Below, one piece after another: positions 60,783-64,000 of a stretch of 64,000 nt of DNA. The stretch lies in contig CASECZ010000006.1 in assembly GCA_949286725.1 (NCBI GenBank), forward strand, positions 3,847 through 67,846, read 5' to 3'. Numbering within the stretch: position 1 is the stretch's first letter; every line of letters begins with the position of its first letter. The notes beneath the pieces were generated by a model that saw only the letters and a list, made by a program, of their open reading frames with translations, made no database searches and had not been told where the DNA came from. This stretch comes from an uncultured Clostridia bacterium. Lineage in GTDB: Bacteria > Bacillota > Clostridia > Christensenellales > CAG-917. The position numbers were made by a program, and so were the translations under genes.

Positions 60783-61292
60783 GTGGCGTTTTTGTTTGTT
60801 CTGATAGCGGCGGAAGCTCTGTTGATATTGCTGACGGCACCCTTAGGAGTGCAGGTGCGGGCGCACTTCTGTCTCAATCGGAAATGCGCGTTTGCGCAGG
60901 TGACTTTCGCGGGGCTCGCGGTGGCGAAAATCAAACTCGAAATCAAAAAAGACCGCATTAGAATGTCGATAAACGGCAAAAACGCTTTCAAGAAAAAATC
61001 CGCTGACGCAAGTTTCGGCGCGCTGTCCGCGGTGCTGAAAACCGTGTCCGAACAAAAGCTCGTGAAGAGGAGCAGTCTGTCCGTCGCCGTGGGCGGCGAG
61101 GACTGTTTCGGCGGAGCCGTCGGGTCGGGTGCGCTTGGAGCGGCGTTTCTCATGCTGCCGCCTTCCGTCCGATACGGGGTGTACTGGGACAGGGAAAAGG
61201 AGCGTTTCGACGTCGAAATCGCGCTTCGACTGCGAATATCGCTGTTGCAGACCCTTTTCGTCGCATTCATTCTGCTCAAAAAGGGCGAATAA
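60783..61292 (+). CDS. YtfI-like sporulation protein
   Basis: N-terminal TM; upstream of ytfJ; ACATA-N17-CACAATA sigma-G/F-like promoter. Confidence 0.6.
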   Translation: MAFLFVLIAAEALLILLTAPLGVQVRAHFCLNRKCAFAQVTFAGLAVAKIKLEIKKDRIRMSINGKNAFKKKSADASFGALSAVLKTVSEQKLVKRSSLSVAVGGEDCFGGAVGSGALGAAFLMLPPSVRYGVYWDREKERFDVEIALRLRISLLQTLFVAFILLKKGE

Positions 61293-61333
61293 AATAAATT
61301 TTGTCGCCGACGGAAATACATAACGGAGAAATT

Positions 61334-61702
61334 ATGAGAAACTTCGAAGAAATTTTGCAGACCACCATCGCGCAGTTGCGCACCGTGTCCGACTCCGACG
61401 CCGTCGTGGGAAAACCCGTGATAACGGAGGACGGAGTTGTGGTTTTGCCCGTAAGCAAAGTCAGTTACGGTTTCGTCGTGGGAGGAGGGGAATACAGCGA
61501 GTCTTCCCCCAAAACGAAGCACAACGATTATCCGCACGCCACCGCAAGTGGCGGGGGTATAACGGTTACGCCGCTGGGATTTCTCGTGTGCGGCAAGGAG
61601 AAGCGGTTTATCGCGGTAGACCGCAACGCCGACGACAAATGGAAAGATTTGGCGCGGGCGGCGTTCAAGGCAATCAGGAGGAAGGATGATGACGAAGAAT
61701 GA
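61334..61702 (+). CDS. ytfJ: Sporulation protein YtfJ/GerW family
   Basis: VVGKPV, LPVSKVSYGFVVGGGE, SGGGITVTPLGFLV. Confidence 0.9.
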   Translation: MRNFEEILQTTIAQLRTVSDSDAVVGKPVITEDGVVVLPVSKVSYGFVVGGGEYSESSPKTKHNDYPHATASGGGITVTPLGFLVCGKEKRFIAVDRNADDKWKDLARAAFKAIRRKDDDEE

Positions 61703-62699
61703 GCGAACGCCCGGCTCGGCGATTGGTGCGGTGTGGAGAAATCTGGGAATTGCGTCACTGGTGATTTTGTTTCTTGCGGTGTGCGTAATCGCGGCGATTG
61801 CGGTATATATACCGCAAAATACAGCCGACGCCGTAGCGCAAAGGGGCGAAGTCGTATTGGAAGCGTCGACGGGAAGGGTGTTGTATTCCGACAATATGAA
61901 CGCCGTCACGTATCCCGCGAGCACTACGAAAATTTTGACCGCTCTCGTCGTTCTGGAACATCTGCCGCTCGGTTATAAGGTAAAAATACCTGCCTGTGCC
62001 GCAGGGGTTGAAGGCTCTTCGATATATCTTCGCAAGGGCGAGGTGCTGACCGTCGAAGACCTTCTTTACGGACTTATGTTGCGCAGCGGCAACGATGCGG
62101 CGGTCGCGCTGGCTTGCGCGGTTGCAGGCAACGTGGAAAACTTTGCCGAACTGATGAACGCCCGCGCAAAGGAATGCGGCGCGGAAAACAGTCATTTCGT
62201 GAACCCGCACGGGTTGCACGACGACGACCACTACACGACGGCGTACGACCTTGCGCTGATTACGGCGGAAGCGTACGGAAACGACGATTTCAGACGTATA
62301 GCGGCGACCCGTTCCGTGACCGTGGGGGAGGGGGAAAGCAAAAGGTATTTCACCAACAAAAACAAGTTGCTCACCCTCTTTGAGGGTGCAAACGGAGTGA
62401 AAACGGGTTATACCACCAAAAGCGGACGGTGTCTTGTGGGAGGTGCGCTCCGCGACGGAATGCAACTTGTGTCCGTCGTTCTCAACCGTTACGATATGTG
62501 GGAGGAGACGGAACGCATCCTGCAAAAGTGTTTCGACGAGTACCGCATGCGCGAATTGCCCGCGATGCCTTTCCCGGGCGAGGGCGAAGGAAACCTCGCG
62601 GTCGAGGTCGAACTCGACGGGGAAGGGAACGTGCACCCTTCGGCGTATCCCGTGAAGAAGGACGGCAGCGAAGTGCCGTATCTCGTGCCGCGTCGATAG
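61686..62699 (+). CDS. dacB: D-Ala-D-Ala carboxypeptidase, DacB-like
   Basis: PASTTK, GVEGSSIYL, SGNDAA, NPHGL, KTGYT. Confidence 0.88.
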   Translation: MMTKNERTPGSAIGAVWRNLGIASLVILFLAVCVIAAIAVYIPQNTADAVAQRGEVVLEASTGRVLYSDNMNAVTYPASTTKILTALVVLEHLPLGYKVKIPACAAGVEGSSIYLRKGEVLTVEDLLYGLMLRSGNDAAVALACAVAGNVENFAELMNARAKECGAENSHFVNPHGLHDDDHYTTAYDLALITAEAYGNDDFRRIAATRSVTVGEGESKRYFTNKNKLLTLFEGANGVKTGYTTKSGRCLVGGALRDGMQLVSVVLNRYDMWEETERILQKCFDEYRMRELPAMPFPGEGEGNLAVEVELDGEGNVHPSAYPVKKDGSEVPYLVPRR

Positions 62700-62804
62700 G
62701 CGGTATGGGCGCGGCGGGGCAAAAGGGGGTGCAACACCGCGCCAACGCTTGCTTTTATATTCCGAAAAATGTATAATGCCATTATCCTTACGGACGGTGG
62801 CATT

Positions 62805-63509
62805 ATGCGTCTTAACAAGTATCTCGCCGAATGCGGCGTGTGTTCCAGAAGAAAAGCCGACGAAATCATCGCGGAAGGCAGGGTCAGCGTAAACCGCAAG
62901 ACCGTGTCCGAGATGGGCTTCGACGTCGACGAAAAAAAGGACGTCGTGTATCTCGACGGTAAAAAAATCGTGCCCGTAACGCATTACGAGTACATCATGT
63001 TCAACAAGCCCAAGGGCTGTGTGACCACCATGTCCGACGAGAAGGGCAGAAAGACCGTTTACGACTTCATCGGCAGAGAAAAGCGGTTGGTGCCGGTCGG
63101 CAGACTGGACTATGACAGCGAAGGGCTTTTGCTTTTCACCAACGACGGCGAACTGACTTACAAACTGACGCACCCGTCCGGCGAAGTTCCCAAGACTTAC
63201 ATCGTAAAAATCGAAGGCTCCATTTCCGAAAGCGACCTTGCCATACTGCGCAAAGGCGTGACGGTGGACGGCGTGAAGTACTCGAAGTGCAAGGTCAAAC
63301 TTACGGGAGAAGAGGACGGGTTCAGCCGCCTAGAAGTTGTCATTACCGAAGGTAAAAACCGCGAAGTCAGGCGTATGTTCCAAGCCGTGGAAAAGAACGT
63401 CGTGTTCTTGAAGCGCGTAGCAATAGGCGAACTTCGTCTGGGCGGACTTTCCCGCGGAGGGTTCAGGGAACTCAACGATGCGGAAGTGGAATATCTCAAA
63501 AGACTGTAA
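62805..63509 (+). CDS. rluB: RsuA/RluB-family pseudouridine synthase
   Basis: MRLNKYLA S4 domain, GRLDYDSEGLL, EGKNREVRRM. Confidence 0.93.
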   Translation: MRLNKYLAECGVCSRRKADEIIAEGRVSVNRKTVSEMGFDVDEKKDVVYLDGKKIVPVTHYEYIMFNKPKGCVTTMSDEKGRKTVYDFIGREKRLVPVGRLDYDSEGLLLFTNDGELTYKLTHPSGEVPKTYIVKIEGSISESDLAILRKGVTVDGVKYSKCKVKLTGEEDGFSRLEVVITEGKNREVRRMFQAVEKNVVFLKRVAIGELRLGGLSRGGFRELNDAEVEYLKRL

Positions 63510-63548
63510 ATCACCGTGTGCGGTGAAAACCGCTTTGCCCGAAATATT

Positions 63549-64000
63549 ATGAAGATTCTGTTATCCAACGACGACGGTTACAACGCGGAAGGGTTGCTCA
63601 AACTCGCTCTCGCGCTCAAAGACCGTCACGAAGTACACATCAGCGCACCTGCCGGCGAACAGTCGGGGTCGGGTCACGGTCTCACCTTCGGCAGAGGGCT
63701 GGGCTGGCGGCGCGTTCCCGCGGACGAACTGCCCGAAGTGGACGGCAAGCGCATCGACGTGCCTTGTCACGCCGTGTACGGGTCACCCGCCGACGCCGTC
63801 AAGTTCGCAATCGAACACATCTATCTAGGCGAGCGGTTCGACCTCGTGATTTCGGGGGTCAACACCGTCCTCAACATAGGTTCGGACATCATATATTCGG
63901 GCACTTTCGGCGCGGCGGAAGAGGGCACCATTCTGGGCGTGCCGTCAATCGCGCTTTCCACCAACGTGCGCAAAGGCGGTTACGACGCGGCGATAGACTT
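63549..64000 (+). CDS. surE: 5'/3'-nucleotidase SurE, truncated by the window edge
   Basis: Not in the ORF track. Manual translation gives MKILLSNDDG...AP..EQSG...GSPADAV...LVISGVN...YSGTFGAA. Confidence 0.93.
   Translation, partial: MKILLSNDDGYNAEGLLKLALALKDRHEVHISAPAGEQSGSGHGLTFGRGLGWRRVPADELPEVDGKRIDVPCHAVYGSPADAVKFAIEHIYLGERFDLVISGVNTVLNIGSDIIYSGTFGAAEEGTILGVPSIALSTNVRKGGYDAAID

Overview
This is a core-genome stretch (GC-rich genes, AT-rich spacers) from an endospore-forming member of the Clostridia; a Christensenellales-like gut lineage is inferred from gene content. It holds about 62 genes, mostly on +. They include a mother-cell spore module, nth-nfnAB-obgE, nadD/yqeK-rsfS, an FMN-riboswitch-led ribU::tsaE-tsaB-rimI-hydrolase-murF-ddl run, icd, pdaB, ssb, a GH36-yggS-sepF-lspA-rluD operon, rqcH, tig-clpPX-engB, a reduced dcw cluster, spoIIGA-sigE-sigG-ylmC-nrdR-sigK, spoIVB, spoIIM, dacF, lysA-scpAB, ytfIJ-dacB, rluB and partial surE. 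I found no rRNA, tRNA, CRISPR array, IS element or prophage. Four observations stand out. (1) An unannotated 66-bp element of three 22-bp-phased quasi-palindromic units occurs three times (10398, 32118, 49285), twice between convergent genes. (2) The FMN riboswitch lacks its conserved 3' ligand-binding/P1 strand and precedes a RibU-TsaE fusion. (3) About 14 genes, including several with sigma-E/F/G-like promoters, look leaderless. (4) A receiver-less Spo0A DNA-binding domain with an altered recognition helix sits inverted at the usual spo0A position. All calls come from reading the sequence by eye; no searches were run.
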